A stretch of 64,000 nucleotides of DNA from Octopus sinensis. Its lineage: Eukaryota. Of the stretch, positions 1 to 13,578 are shown piece by piece (the first letter of the stretch is position 1; each line of letters starts with the position of its first letter). The notes under the pieces are model-generated. The model saw nothing but the letters and a program-made list of their open reading frames with translations, was not told the DNA's origin and did not search any database. The translations under genes and the position numbers were made by a program. The stretch lies in assembly GCF_006345805.1 (NCBI RefSeq), contig NC_043007.1:62186001-62250000 (forward strand), written 5' to 3'.

Positions 1-464
1 AAGGACACCAATTTCAGAGAAGTAAGTAAGTCGATTACATCGACTCCAGTGTTCAACTGGTACTTATTTTATTGAGTCTGAAAAGATGAAAAGCAAAGCC
101 AACCTCAGCAGAATTTGAACTTGGAATGTAAAGATGGACGAAATACCACTAAGCACTTTGCCTGGTGTGCTGACAATTTATTTTCCACCAGGGCAAAGAA
201 TGAGGGGGACAAAATAAAGTGTGAGAGGTTTACATATAATGAAATGATAGATAAAAGAAAGCTAAGTATATAAGTTCCACATCTGCCTTTCAACTACACA
301 CATCTGTACTCTGGGCATAACAACCAGGAAGCAACACAGCTTACTAGTATGAAAATTTTCGTGCATATACAGGGAGGGTAGCATCACTTCTCACCCAAAG
401 CATTTTGCACATGGCATTAGTTTAGCAGAAAAAAATAAAGTCAGATACTATTTGAACGAATTGC

Positions 465-499
<35 letters not shown>

Positions 500-642
500 G
501 GAGCAGCTGTGTGGTAAGAAGTTTGCTTCCCAACTACATGGTTCTGGTTTCAGTCCCTCTGTGTTGCACCTTGGGTATGTGTCTTCCAATGTAGCCTCAG
601 GCTGATTTGGTAAACAGATACTGAAAGAAGCCCATAGTGTTT

Positions 643-679
<37 letters not shown>

Positions 680-2571
680 CTACAAATGACAATGATAAGT
701 ATCATGAGAGAATTTTTCTTTATCAAAGGCAATGGGAAGGGGTGACCTAAAGAACAAATATGAAATCTGGAAACAGATTTCAGATAAAGGTCAAGTATGA
801 CAAGTTACAATGTTTTGATTCATTATTTCATGGACAAAACCTGAAAAGAAAATAAACAGCAAATCCTATTCTCAACAGGGAAGATTATTCTTTTTTCGAA
901 AGCTTCATGTAAAAGCTAACATATTTAGATAATTTTTTTGAGACAGAAGTTTGGCAGTTTTTACAAAATAACAGTATAGTTAATTCATTTTAATGAAACT
1001 ACATGAGGTTGCTTATTTTATCAATTTCCAGGTTAAAATCTAAATTAATTCTACAGAAATTAAGTGCAAACACAAGACACAGTAGCTCAAGTATCTACTA
1101 TGAGGGTATGCTAAAAAGTTCCTGGCTTTAAAGGTATTGTGAAATGCCTGATTGGAGGCCCAACTTTCTCAGTTCTTTTACGGGACTTGTGAATTTAGTA
1201 GCAGGAAACCTGCTTTCTTTTGTTATTCCTTTAATCTTTTAGTCAAGAGAGAAGGGAATACTCATGACACTTAATGGGGTTTCTGAAACCGGTGAGAAAG
1301 AATGGTGAAGGTACCCCCAAGCTGGAGACTTGGCCTAAATACTTGCAACAGAGTAAATTCCACTAGTGACACCCGAAGCACAAGGGGTGGTGTTAAGCCA
1401 GGTGATTGAATTAGTCTACCACCCAGATCTGTATGTGCATTTGTATGTGTACACAAATGTGCATGAATATTGATAACACTGTAACAAAAATTCTTTTTTA
1501 TTTTTTACTTTGGTCAATAAGTGTGTTATTTCCTATATGCTTCTATCTAGAAATCAAAGGAAATTACTACTATTCCCTTCAAACTTTGCTTTTGTCACCT
1601 ATTTTCTGACCTATTTTCCATTCATTTCCAACTGATTCAGCACTGAGTTGCTGAAGCAAAGATGTCACTATAGCAAATATTCTGCTCAATACCATAGATT
1701 TGCTTGACCCTTAGTGGCTAACAATATGTGCATCTCTGATCATGAGCAGGGTTTGAATAAAGGTAACAAAAGCAAATTCCTTGTAAACTTTAAGATCACT
1801 CAACACTTTTACTCCATAGTCTGGGCACTAAAAATCTGTAAGATGTAAGGATTGGTGACATGAAGAACATCTGGCTGTAAAATTTTACCACAATCAAGTT
1901 CCTCTCCAATCCGTGTAAGCATGAAAACAGACATTAAATGAACTTGTTTAATATCCACTTTTCCAACTTTGCACATGTCAGACAGAATTCACTGAGGCAA
2001 GGCAGATTTTCTATGGGCAGATGCCTTTCCTGTTGCCAAACCTCACTTATTTCTGTGTGAGGTAATGTTTCACATGTTTTCACAGATTAGAAACAAATGA
2101 CACCACTTGTAAGATGGGGACACTTGTTTACAACTATCATGTGATGTCAAGACCAAGTGACATAAGCACACATACCTGTTCACTTTTACATTTGTTTTTC
2201 CATGCATGGATTAGATAAATATAGTATTGAGGCATTGTTTCATAGCCAAATGCCCTCCATGATGCTAACCCTTACCTGTGTTTCAAGTAAAGGATCTCTT
2301 ATTCCACTTATCTTTGAAGGCAAGAAATAAGTTGATTTGTTGAAAGGAGAAGCTCCAACAATACTCAAATGTCATAACTTCTGTACAAGAGAGTACAAAT
2401 GTAAACAACACACACAGAGGCTTCTTTCAGTTTCCACCAACGAAATCTACTCATAAGGCTTTGATGAGTTTTATTAAAAGACTTTGCCCAAGGTGCCAAG
2501 CAATGGGACTGGACCTAAAATAATATAGATAGGAAGCAAACTTACAAATGAATGAAAAAATACGTTAAACA

Positions 2572-2695
2572 TTTATTTAGCCTAATACTTACATCTATTG
2601 ACTTCCTTTTTTCAAATAACTAAATAATGGAACAAGGAAAAACAAGTTTGAGAAATAATTTATTAAAAAAAGCAGATAATTTTTTTTCATTTATT
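2572..2695 (-). terminator. Candidate polyadenylation signals (AATAAA) of the NPC2-like gene
   Basis: AATAAA on the minus strand (tttatt on plus) at about 2690-2695, 2659-2664 and 2572-2577, 45-170 nt past the stop. Which one is used cannot be determined. Confidence 0.45.
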
Positions 2696-2739
2696 TATTC
2701 CATTCACTATAAATGCAGTAAGGTAACTACACACAAAAG

Positions 2740-2820
2740 TTAAATTAGCAGAGCACTGATTTCAAAGCAGAAAACATCTACTTTTCCTTGCAGAATCAAC
2801 CATTTGATGATGACCGATAT
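2740..2820 (-). CDS. NPC2: NPC2-like gene, last coding exon
   Basis: Acceptor tttatttctttcag, phase 0. Encodes ISVIIKWLILQGKVDVFCFEISALLI*, matching human [27 protein letters not shown]. The spliced CDS is 94+108+176+81 = 459 nt, or 152 aa plus stop. Confidence 0.92.
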   Translation of the reverse strand: MSVIIKWLILQGKVDVFCFEISALLI

Positions 2821-5522
2821 CTGAAAGAAATAAACAGATTTGAATAAACAAAATATAAATTCAAGATTACAACTGTCAATGACAAATTGGAAAAGTTACA
2901 AATTTACAAAATTTTTTATTTTTCATACACTATAGTCTAAAATTATAGTTTTAGTCACACTTTACTATTTTTGTACTTTGTCAGAGCATTTGGTACAAAA
3001 AATGTTATAGAAAGTTATCTATAATTTCAAGTAGGTGCAGATGTAGCTGCATAATTGAGAAGTTTGCTTCCCAAACATGTGGTTTCAGGTTCAGTTTCAC
3101 AGTGTGGCACCTTGTGCAAATACTTTCTACTATAGCCCTCATCATCATTATCATTTAATGTCCATTTTCCATGCTGGCATGGGTTAGACGGTTTGACTGA
3201 AAACTGATAAGCAGGAGAGCTGCACCAGGTTCCAATCTGCTTTGGCATGGTTTCTACAATTGGATGCCCATCCTAACACCAACCACTCTGAAAGTGTAGT
3301 GTGTTCTTTTTACTTGCCACCGGCATGGGTGCCAGTTACGAAACACTGGCATCGGCCATGACTGCAATCTCACTTGGCTTGACAGATCTTCTCAAGCATA
3401 GTATATTGCCAAATGCCTCAGTCACTTGTCACTGCCTCCATGAGGCCCAAAGTTTGAGCCTTAGGCCAATTAAAACCCTGTAAGTGGATTTGGTAGATGG
3501 AAACTGAGAGAAGCCAATAATATGCATGAGTGTTTGCTTGTTTAAGTATTTTTGTGTGTAAATGTGTGTGCATGTGTGTTTTTGTCTTTGTCCTTGTCTT
3601 GGCATTACATAAATAATACTGTAAATGAGTACCACCAACATACAATGTCATTCATTTCCATGAGTAAATATCGCCTTGCCTGGAAGCAGGTGACAGCTGG
3701 CAACATGAAGAACATCTGGCTATCAAAAATTTGCTTCAATAAAGTCACATCTGATACATGCAAGCATGGATAAGTAGACAGTAAAACAATAATGATGATG
3801 TTCATGATTACAGTGTAACAAATTTTTTTCTTTGTTTTTGATCAGTAAGTGTGTCATTTCCTATTTGTTTCTATCTAAAAATGAAAGGAAATTACTACTA
3901 TTCCCTTCAAACTTTGCTTTTGTCACCTGAACATCGATGTTTTGAAACTGACCTATTTTCCATTCAATTCAGACAGATTCAGCACTGAGTTACTGAAGCA
4001 GAAATATCATTATAGCAAATATTCAGCTCACTGTCACAGATTTACTTGTCAGTTGTTTGACCTTAACCACTTGAGCATGTTCCTTAGTGGCTAACAATAT
4101 GCTTGTCTCTGATCATGAGCAGGAGCAGTGGGGGAGCACCATAGCCATATGTTGAGAGGGATTCTTTGGGGTTTGAATAAATGTAACAAAAGCAAAGTTT
4201 GAAGGAAATATTAGCTATGTTTCATACTTTCTAGGGGTAAGCAAATAGGAAATAACAGTTGCTACCAAGGATAAAAATTGTGTTACACAGTGCTATTCAA
4301 GACATAAAAAAAGCAGTTTTTATGTCTCTTCTTGCACACTTGCAACCTACTCACCTACACATCACTGCCCTTTCTCTAATTCTTCCCCTGTCAACTGCAT
4401 TATTGGTATTACTGTTTTCTTGCTTTTCATCCCTTTCTGCAGTCAGCTATTATCTACTCCCCTCTAACTCATCATTAACCACCCTTCAACCCTTGTTTGT
4501 CAGTCATTGTTTATCTATTGTATTCACCTTCTCACCCTTTCTCTATCTCTAACCATCCTTCACACACTGCTATACACTCTTGCAATCTGTACATACCCAT
4601 ACACTGTTCTTCAGTCTCCCACTAACTTCTATTCACCTTGTACTTTGAGAGTCCTTCCTGACTATCATGGCTATTTTGTCTCCCTTTCTAGTTCCACACT
4701 GGCCACTCATCTACAATGTGAGTAGCCATGTAGCCCCGCCCCACCTCTACAGCAAGAAACCTCTTCTCACACATTTTCTTTTGTTCATCTTGTAGCATAA
4801 AGCCACCTCCCTCTCGTCTATAGCCATGCTCAATCAAAGCAGATCTTAGTTTTATGAGCTGCATGACAACCTCACTTGTGGTGATGCTAAAGAAAAAGTA
4901 CTCCATACACTCAGTAAAGTGGTTGGCATTACAAAAAAACATCCAGCCATAGAACCCATGCCAAAACAAACACTGGAGCACAATGCAGTCTTTGGACCCA
5001 GTGAATCCTGTCAAACCATCCAACTCATGGCAGCATGTAAGACAGCCATTAAAAGATGATGACTTCAGAGTTATATCTTTTTTATAACTCAGAGCACTTA
5101 TTTCTTCAGTTTGTAAGTGCAGAAGACAACTGCATAAAGAAGTACCAATCTAACTGTGGAGGGAACCTGTGGAAGAGGTAGACTCAAGAAAACATGGAAT
5201 GAGGTAGTGAAGTACAATCTTAGGATGTTGGATCTCACAGAGGCAATGACAAGTGACAGAGACCTTTGGCAATTTGCTGTGCTTGAGAAGACACATCAAG
5301 CCAAGTGAAATTGAAGTCATGCCCAGCACTGATGACACATAAAAGGCACCAATTACACTCTGTAGAGTGGATTGCATTAGGAAGGACATCCAGCCATACA
5401 AACTAAGCCAAAACAGATTAGAGCCTGGTGCAGCTTTCATGTTTGTAATCATTACTGTTTAATTATTTCTAATTCAAATTGCTTTCATTAACTCTAATTG
5501 GTGTTCAGATAGACTAGTCAAT

Positions 5523-5935
5523 AGGCGCAGGAGTGGCTGTGTGGTAAGTTGCTTGCTAACCAACCACATGGTTCTGGGTTCAGTCCCACTGCGTGGCATC
5601 TTGGGCAAGTGTCTTCTGCTATAGCCCCGGGCCGACCAATGCCTTGTGAGTGGATTTGGTAGACGGAAACTGAAAGAAGACTGTCGTATATATGTATATA
5701 TATGTATGAGTATGTGTTTGTGTGTCTGTGTTTGTTCCCCTAGCATTGCTTGACAACCGATGCTGGTGTGTTTACGTCCCTGTAACTTAGCGGTTCGGCA
5801 AAAAGAGACCGATAGAATAAGTACTGGGCTTACAAAAAGAATAAGTCCCGGGGTCGAGTTGCTCGACTAAAGGCGGTGCTCCAGCATGGCCGCAGTCAAA
5901 TGACTGAAACAAGTAAAAGAGTAAAGAGTAAAGAG
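5523..5935 (+). mobile_element. Full-length tRNA-derived SINE (family 1, octopus-type CORE-like SINE)
   Basis: A box tggctgtgtggt, B box ggttcagtccc, cttgggcaagt core, an internal TA/TG microsatellite, and the tail ccagcatggccgcagtcaaatgactgaaacaagtaaaaga(gtaaaga)n. Other copies at about 498-640 (+), 6158-6503 (-), 13088-13250 (-), 20590-20995 (-), 21551-21956 (-), 35720-37660 (-, split), 50755-51040 (-) and 53030-53180 (+). Confidence 0.9.
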
Positions 5936-7173
5936 TATACATAAACTTTACCATTTCAATAATCATTCCAATATGTTACTAATATTTATTTAGCAGGTGT
6001 GATAAGTAATGCCATTCTTCCTAGAATTTCATTTTCTCTTACATGTAAGCCTTTAGACGGTTGGCTAAATCTAAAAAATTTTCGAGTACAGAATGCAAAC
6101 ATTTCACTCTTTATGATATATCTTCTATAAGGTGAGAATTATCCATAATCTTTTATTTTTTACTTGCTTCAGTCATTAGACTGCGACCATGCTGGGGCAC
6201 CACCTTGAATAACTTTTAGACCCCCGTACTTATTTTTTTAAAAACCTGGTACTTATTCTATTGTCATCTTTTGCCAAACTGCTAAGTTACAAGGATGTAA
6301 ACACATCAGCACTAGTTGTCTAATGGTGGTGGGAGACAAACACACACACATATATATATACGATGGGCTTCTTTCAGTTTCTGTCTACCAAATACACTCA
6401 CAAGCTTTTGGTTGGACCAAGGCCACTTGCCTAACGAGTTATGTAGTGAAACTGAACCCAGAACCATGTGGTTTGGAAGCAAGCTTCTTAGCACATAGCC
6501 ACTGTCTTCGATTTACTATTTCTTAATTAGTTACCCATTTTAAATAAGCTTACTATATTTGTTATGTGGTTGGTTTCCTAATAGATACTGCGAACTTCTA
6601 AAACTGAAAGGATAGGATTTTTCTCTTTTTTTGAAAGTGCAGAAAGTGTTGCCTCCCTTGAATCATGGCTATGATGCAAAACTTTTAAATTGATTCTATG
6701 TATATAAGAAATAAAATAAACTAAATATATACTCTTACATTAGATTAATTTAAATCTTTGTTGTTCAAATGACTAGTTACAGACATTACTTTGCAAATAT
6801 AAAAAACCCGATGATGGAATAAGGTTTTCGCAGAAAAATGATTTCAGTATTTAAAATTAAGTATTTAAGCTAAAAATTGAATTTAACTATTTAATTAAAA
6901 TGTTCATTATTACTCATTATAACAGTCAGAATTTCATTAAATAAAATGAAAGTGGGGAAAAAAGCTCGTTTTGAGCAATAATCTTATTGAATTTAGTTGC
7001 TGAACCAGAAAGTCAACAGTGATTATTTACTTTCACTATTAGAATAGTCTAGGCTTTCCAACAGCACGAAAGCTTAGTCAAAGAAAATGTGTATGTGCTA
7101 AATTAGGGAGAAAATGACATGCAAATTTATTTATATATACATACACATATATGCAGGAGAGAGAATGCATGTA

Positions 7174-7205
<32 letters not shown>

Positions 7206-7491
7206 TATGTGTATAGCATACATAAATACACACCAGATGCAAACTATTCAATGCCCAAGAGATATTTAAATTACAAGATATGCAGAGCCAGCAATTAAAA
7301 TTGTGTGTGTGTGTGTGTGTGCACGCATGGGCACAACACACACACACACAATGTGCTTCCTTCAGTTTCCATCTACCAAATGTACTCACAAGCTTTTGGT
7401 TGGCCCATGGTAACACAATGGAACAGATTCCCAAAACCATGTAACTGGGAAGTGATCTTAAACACATATCTATGCCTACACCTGTGTGTGC

Positions 7492-7546
<55 letters not shown>

Positions 7547-7579
7547 TATATATACACATATATATTTATACATACACAC

Positions 7580-8330
7580 ACAAGGTGCATTCCAGAAGTT
7601 CTAAAATGTTGTGTTTAGAAGAGGCAGTTATTTTAGATTATTGTAATTTAGTATATCATTGCTATACATCCAATATGCTGACCTGCCAACTTTTGCTATT
7701 CCATCACAGCTGACTAGTTTTCAGAATGCAGTCAGGACATTTGGAAGCTCACTATACAATAAAGTTTTGTGTTAAACAGGGCGAAAATGCTACAGAAATT
7801 TGTGAAATGCTCAAGATTGTTTATGGATGAATTTTTTTGGTGGCACAAGAGATTCAAGGACAGTAGAGAGGAAGAGAGAAATGGTGAGAGGTGTGTGAGA
7901 AAGAGAGAGGGAAATGTTGAAACACCAGAGCTGCAATTTTCTGGATGTACATAGTCACATGGCTATGAAGATAATAAGCATACAGTTTGGAGTAAGAACA
8001 CTATACACTGCCCAGTCTGGGATTCGATCTCACTACCTCGTGATTGTGAGCCCAATACTCTAACCACTGAGCCATGCACCTTCACTATACACAATAGTCC
8101 ACACCTTGTTTCCTGTGACTTGATTGTTCCTTAAGCTGAAGGAGAACCTCAAGGGCAGTTGTTTTGAAGATGAAGTTGGCTGTGACAAGGGTCATGAACA
8201 CCTTCACTTTAGAGAATTTTCATGGGACCTACATGAAGTGGCTGGTGTGCTACAAGTGCACTGAAGTAAAAGGATCTTATTTTGAAGGAGATTAGAGTTT
8301 TGTACTTCTTTGAAATTAATACATGTCTCT
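7580..8330 (+). mobile_element. Deleted mariner relic with an inserted tRNA-like SINE head at about 8005-8085 (minus)
   Basis: Remnants FWWHKRFKDSRE, PCD..LKLKENLKG..FED and KC.EVKGSYFEGD*. Confidence 0.7.
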
Positions 8331-8913
8331 CCTGATGTGTTAATTTCCATTCACTGAAAATAACAGATGCAAGTTTAACATTCCTTCCAGCATTCTAGAA
8401 TGGTTATGTTTGGAGTGACTCTGATCATAGTTCTGCTGAATCAAGGCTGAATAGGGATTGATCAATACTAAGACATTAATAAGAAAATTAAAATGATGAA
8501 ATTAATTAAAATTACTTTTATTCTAACCTAGTAGTTAGTGTGTTGGGCTCATGATCATAATGCTGTTGGTTCAGTTCCTGGACTAGGTAGTGTCTTTAAA
8601 CTAGGAACATCATTTCATGCTGCTCCAGTCTACTCAGCTGAAAATAACATTTTTTGTGATGATGACTGGTACCACAAGAAAAGTATCAGATGCATGCTGT
8701 AAAGTGATAGGCATTAGAAAGGGTATCCTGCCATAAAAACTATGCTCAAGCAGACATTGGCGCATGGCACAGTACTCCAGTATGGAAGCTAGACACTAAA
8801 TGATGATGATGTAAAAGATTGTGAAAACGATCTAACAGAATTCTTTGAATCAGGTGATTGTTATGACATGACATGAATATAAAAGAGTTTCAAATAATTC
8901 ACAAAATACTTAC

Positions 8914-9089
8914 TTCTGGAAAGGTATTTGAAACATCCAAGCTATAATGGTAGTTAGCAGTTGTCCCAGGACTTAATGGACAGTGAAGGCCACTGTTTTT
9001 ACAAGCATCCTCTGGCGATACAGGGAATGGTATATTAATGCCATGTACAATTCCATACACTTTAACTTTGGCAGAATTTATTGAAACTT
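8914..9089 (-). CDS. NPC2: NPC2-like gene, coding exon 3 (176 nt)
   Basis: Acceptor tttttcatttcag and donor gtaagt. Encodes VSINSAKVKVYGIVHGINIPFPVSPEDACKNSGLHCPLSPGTTANYHYSLDVSNTFPE, the classic NPC2 V.G.+.G+.+PFP....D.CK.G+.CP motif. Confidence 0.95.
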
Positions 9090-9344
9090 CTGAAATGAAA
9101 AAGTAAAAGAAATTTCAGATGAAATTAATCATCACTTTACACAAAAAATTTGAAAGCAAGTAAGTCAACTAGGTATTTATATGAAAATAGTATTTCTATT
9201 CTGATATATTTTACAGTCTACGACAGCACTGAGGGTACTTTTGAATTTTTCCCACCAACCAATCATTTCCCAGACCCTAAACATCCCAGAAAGCAAGGGA
9301 GCTCACTGCAACTTTTCTTTGTAAAGGATTTTTAAAAGAAAGAA

Positions 9345-9600
9345 AGAAAGAAAGTAATAACTATCACCCGAAGAAACACATTTTGCTCATGCATGACCAA
9401 TATTTAAAGTGAATGATGAAAGTAAATGAAGAGAAAAGTTAGAGGATTGTTTATATGGATGAAAGCTACATTCACAAGAACTATTGTTGGCATGACCCAA
9501 ATGATGAGCAAGACCTTACAACTATTGGAGGCCACAAAAGACAATGATATTGTTTCATTGTTGCAATTATAGATGCTGATCATAGTATTCTGATAATGAT
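9345..9600 (+). mobile_element. IS630/Tc1-like transposase fragment
   Basis: RIVYMDESYIHKNYCWHD..CFIVAIID remnant around a first catalytic Asp. Confidence 0.45.
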
Positions 9601-10989
9601 GACTAAAAATAAATCCAAATTTTCTATTCTTTTTCCTTATTTTTCTTACAAATTGTCAAAATATTGCATCAATTCATGATCATACTTTTGCCAGAATTGT
9701 GCTATTAAAACCCCTTGGTTTCAGGTTGTAACATCAGAGGTTGTGTTAAAGTTTTTTTAACAAGTTTCATTAGTATCCTCAATGCTGTCACAGACTGTGA
9801 AATGTTTTACATCTTTTGTTTCAGTCATTGGATTGTTACCATATTGGCACTGTCTTGAAAGACTTAGTTGAACAAATCACCTCCAGTGCTTGTATTTTTA
9901 ACCCTGTAACCCTTCATTAGTCACCTCGGTTTTCCAAAAGTGGACAGTCCCCTGGGGTGTTTACACACCCCAATACAAATATGCTCATAGTGTTACAATT
10001 ATGTGAAATATTGTCATACTGCTGATTAAAATAACATAGCATGCAATCTCCATTACAAAATACATTAAATCAAATCTTGAACTGAAGATACAATTATTCA
10101 TTGAAATGAAAATATTAATAGATTTATTGCATAAATGTGTGTTGTAAAATGTAGGTGAAATACACCAATACAATAATAGAGAAAAGTTTTAATCATCAAA
10201 AACAACCACAATATATTTTCATGAATTGAAATGAAAAGCAAAATCAATGTGAACTCATTTTATAGCCATTACTGTTCACTTTGATTCACCACTGGTTGAA
10301 GACAAAGCAACGTCTGCCTCCTACAACAACTGAACAACCATACCACGTTATATACTACATACCCTCACTGAATCAAGAGAGTAATGGGAGGGAGCAAAAT
10401 AAAAACAAGCTGCTGCCAACTAGGAATTATGAGCACTTAAAAAAATTGAGGCAGGGCTAACAAAACACCCCATGTGGCTAACACAGGGTTAATTAACATA
10501 TTTCTTTTGAAATGCAATGTCTTTGTTTTAATTAATTTCAAAAATGAACAATTTACCAAAATAACTGCCATTACTAAGATGGTGCTTGAAACATAAATTA
10601 ACATGAAATTTTGATGGAAGTTTTCAAGTTACGTCACATTAAAACAGAAAATTTATATCAGAACCAAAAGGGTTAAAGTCTGGTACCTATTTCATAGGCC
10701 TCTTTCGCTAAATCACTAAATAAACCAACACCAGTTATGGAGTGGTGGTGGTGGTAATACAAATGCATGCACGCATGCACACACACACACACACAGCATG
10801 TTTCCACCAACTTAATTCACTTACAAGGCATAGGTTAGTCTAGGGGTATAGTAGAGACACTTGCCCAAGGTGTTGCACAGTGGGAATGAACCCAAAGCCA
10901 CTTGGCTGCAAAGTGAACTTAACTGAACAGCCATGCCTCTGCCTATATTAATAGGCTGCTGTTTCATATTTTTGCTCGATGGGGTTGAT

Positions 10990-11250
10990 GTTATCTCAGA
11001 GGCATCATCATGCATAGAGCCAACCAGACCCACCAGTGCTCTCCATCACTGGCGGTCCTGTGCCAGCTCCTTTGCATCCTCCAAGATGGTGTCAAGCCTC
11101 TGGAGATCTTCCCCAATCACATCCAGCCATCTAGTGCAGGACCTGCCACAAGGCTTCTTTCAGCCTGTAGCTGCTACATTGAATGAGAGTAAAATCCTGG
11201 TAGGATAATCTAGTGAGAGGCAGAGGACAAGTCCATACCAGCACATGCAA
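10990..11250 (-). mobile_element. RTE-type LINE C-terminal fragment (different family)
   Basis: The minus strand reads ..GRSCTRWLDVIGEDLQRLDTILEDAKELAQDRQ*WR, a typical RTE ORF2 end. Confidence 0.6.
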
Positions 11251-12149
11251 TAGATAAACTATTAATATAGCTATGAGCAGCTTTGATATTAATATATCAA
11301 ATATTAATTTTGTAATTACAAGTTTTAATTACATTCATAACTAATTTTAAAAGGTAATGATAAGGCAAAAATATAACAGAAGTGCACCAGTTTAAATGTG
11401 ACAAACTCTACAACTGAGTTCAAAAAGACAGCTTTGAATTTCCTTCCACAGAGATCAATAGCAGTAATTATATTTATGCACAAACATGAGGTAAAAACCT
11501 CCTTTAGTCATGAATGACCACTTTGAGGTGGGGCACAATTTTGGCCAGGATCATTTTCTAATCAAGCCATAAAAAAATTTTTTAAAACTTTTTCAGGCAT
11601 GGTCTGTTTTGCTTATCCCCATATATGTCACTAGACAGAATAGGTGTTCTTACTTAACCTCACAAAATGCATGCACTGACCCCCATTCCCCACTGACTGG
11701 TTTACTTTGTCCGAATTCATGAATGTGCACTTTTATGTGCTTTTGTGTGCCATGCAGTTATTTTGGTACGTTTTTCTAACAATATAAGCGTTTTTCTATA
11801 AAGATTTGCATAATAAAAGGAATGTTATTGGACCAGTGTTGCTAGAACTAGTAGACTGTTGAAAACTATAAACACTCTTCCATAAGCACCCAGTTATAAG
11901 AGAAGTCTGGTTTGTAGAAGCAAAGTATGTAGTCAATTGTATAAAATAAGTGATCATTTTTCAAGAAATGTGGATAAGTAGCAACAAATGAAATTGAATG
12001 GAAAATTGAAGTTTCATGGTGAGAAATGAATGAGGTGAAACAGTCATAGAGACAGAATTCAATTAGGGAACAACTGAAGAGTAGAGGTTGTAAAAGCAGA
12101 TTTGCTTTCATAGCCTCACTGACCCAAATATTATTGGAGAAATATTCGG

Positions 12150-13029
12150 GTCAATGATTTAAGCTTGCCCTGACAACCATTGAACTTGACCAATGATGTA
12201 GAAATATTTTTCAGTAAAAGGAATGAAATCACCATGCTTTGTTTGTCTCCCTTAAGGAGAAGTGCAACTATCTTGCTGGAGTATACAGTTCTGCTATTAA
12301 TGGAGAGCACCCTTTTGAAGAAATATTGGACTGTAAAAGCATTGCTGGTCACTCAGACAACCAAAATGATTACAAAGCCAGAAGACCTCCTTAAATTCAT
12401 TGTTCAATATGGAGATGAATGCGTTGTTTCAAATTTGCAAGTCAGCATACAAATCATGCTGGCAATTTCTATTTCAATCACCAGCTGCGAGAAGTCTTTC
12501 AGTAAGCTGAAATTAATACTTTCGTACACAAGAACCTCTATAAGCCAACGACAACTCAATGATCTCACCCTTTTCAGTGTGGAAAATGATGAATTTGAGA
12601 TTATGGATTTTAAACAAATTATTGAACAGTTTGCTTCCTTAACCCTTTCGTTACTGTATTTATTTTGAGATGCACTCTGTTTCTTTCAATTACTTTAAAT
12701 ATAACAAAGAATTTAATAAAATAACTTAGTTATCGTTAAACTAGTGTTAGAAACATAAATTGTGACTAAGGCTTGGTGGAAGATCTTAATTCAAGACTTA
12801 TGAAAACAAGACATTTGTAATCAGAGCCAGAGCCGGTTTCAGCTGGGTTGGTAACAAAAGGGTTAAGATAAAATTGTCATCTTTTGTCAGTTTTTAATTA
12901 AATCTTTTATTGCAATTTTTTTAAAACCAGTTATTCATTTTCTCTATGTGAGTTTCCATTTTTTGGTTGGGGTGGGGAGCACAATTCTGATGCTTGCCCT
13001 GGGCACCATTTACCCTAGCTGCACCCCTG
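12150..13029 (+). mobile_element. hAT transposon 3' fragment (dimerisation domain and terminal repeat)
   Basis: ORF 12180-12668 contains NLQVSIQIMLAISISITSCEKSFSKLKLILSYTRTSISQRQLNDL (hATC). The element ends ..ccctagctgcacccctg, a CAGGGG-type terminus. Confidence 0.85.
12643..12862. mobile_element. piggyBac-type MITE (TTAA TSD); copies at 41973-42193 and about 10490-10676 and 38180-38395; related families at 51320-51543 and 51630-51950
   Basis: ttaa-ccctttcgttac ... gtaacaaaaggg-ttaa, with a near-identical internal sequence at 41973-42193. Confidence 0.85.
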
Positions 13030-13035
13030 TATGTA

Positions 13036-13086
<51 letters not shown>

Positions 13087-13470
13087 GCAACAGGCTTCTT
13101 TCAGTTTCTGTCAACCAGATCCACTCACAAGGCTTTGGTCGGCCCAAGGCTATAGTAGAAGACACTTGCACAAGGTGCCATGCAGTGGGACTGAACCAAG
13201 AACCATGTGGTTGGGAAGCAAGCTTCTTACCACACAGCCACACCTCAGCTTTTGTTAATTATCTATACGCAAACGTCCCAATTTTCAAATATATCTCACC
13301 TGTGAGAGTACTGAAATGTAAATATAATCAGTAGAAAAAAAGTATTAAATATATTTTTAAACAAATACCTATTATTTCTAAAGTTATTTGAAAATTTTAA
13401 AAACACAAAAAAGCAAAAACACCAATGCAAAAAAAGATAGTTTAACAGCAGAAGTAGAAATATACTTTAC

Positions 13471-13578
13471 TTGGTGTGAAGGATACATTTAAATGCATTT
13501 GACTTCCACGTTTAATCTGACATGGTAGTTTGGTACAGTTGGAGACACTTACACTATCTATGGTAGCCTGATTACTGC
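13471..13578 (-). CDS. NPC2: NPC2-like gene, coding exon 2 (108 nt)
   Basis: Acceptor ttttctttctcttccag and donor gtaaag. Encodes GSNQATIDSVSVSNCTKLPCQIKRGSQMHLNVSFTP-K, which aligns with human [36 protein letters not shown]. Phase 1/1 keeps the frame. Confidence 0.93.

Noticed and set aside
2762-2820. Alternative frame of the NPC2 last exon ends in a CaaX-like motif (..SARKSRCFLL*)
   Set aside because: Exon 3 ends in phase 0, and the phase-0 reading matches NPC2, including the sixth Cys. Skipping exon 3 could reach this frame, but there is no evidence for that.
7078-7713. YIYI/CVCV/HTHT-rich ORFs here and throughout the window
   Set aside because: They are translations of TA/TG/CA microsatellites and SINEs.
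8005-8085. tRNA-like sequence on minus (also about 8530-8600 and 41775-41865)
   Set aside because: It lacks a proper acceptor stem and recurs as degenerate copies, so it is the head of a third SINE family rather than a tRNA gene.
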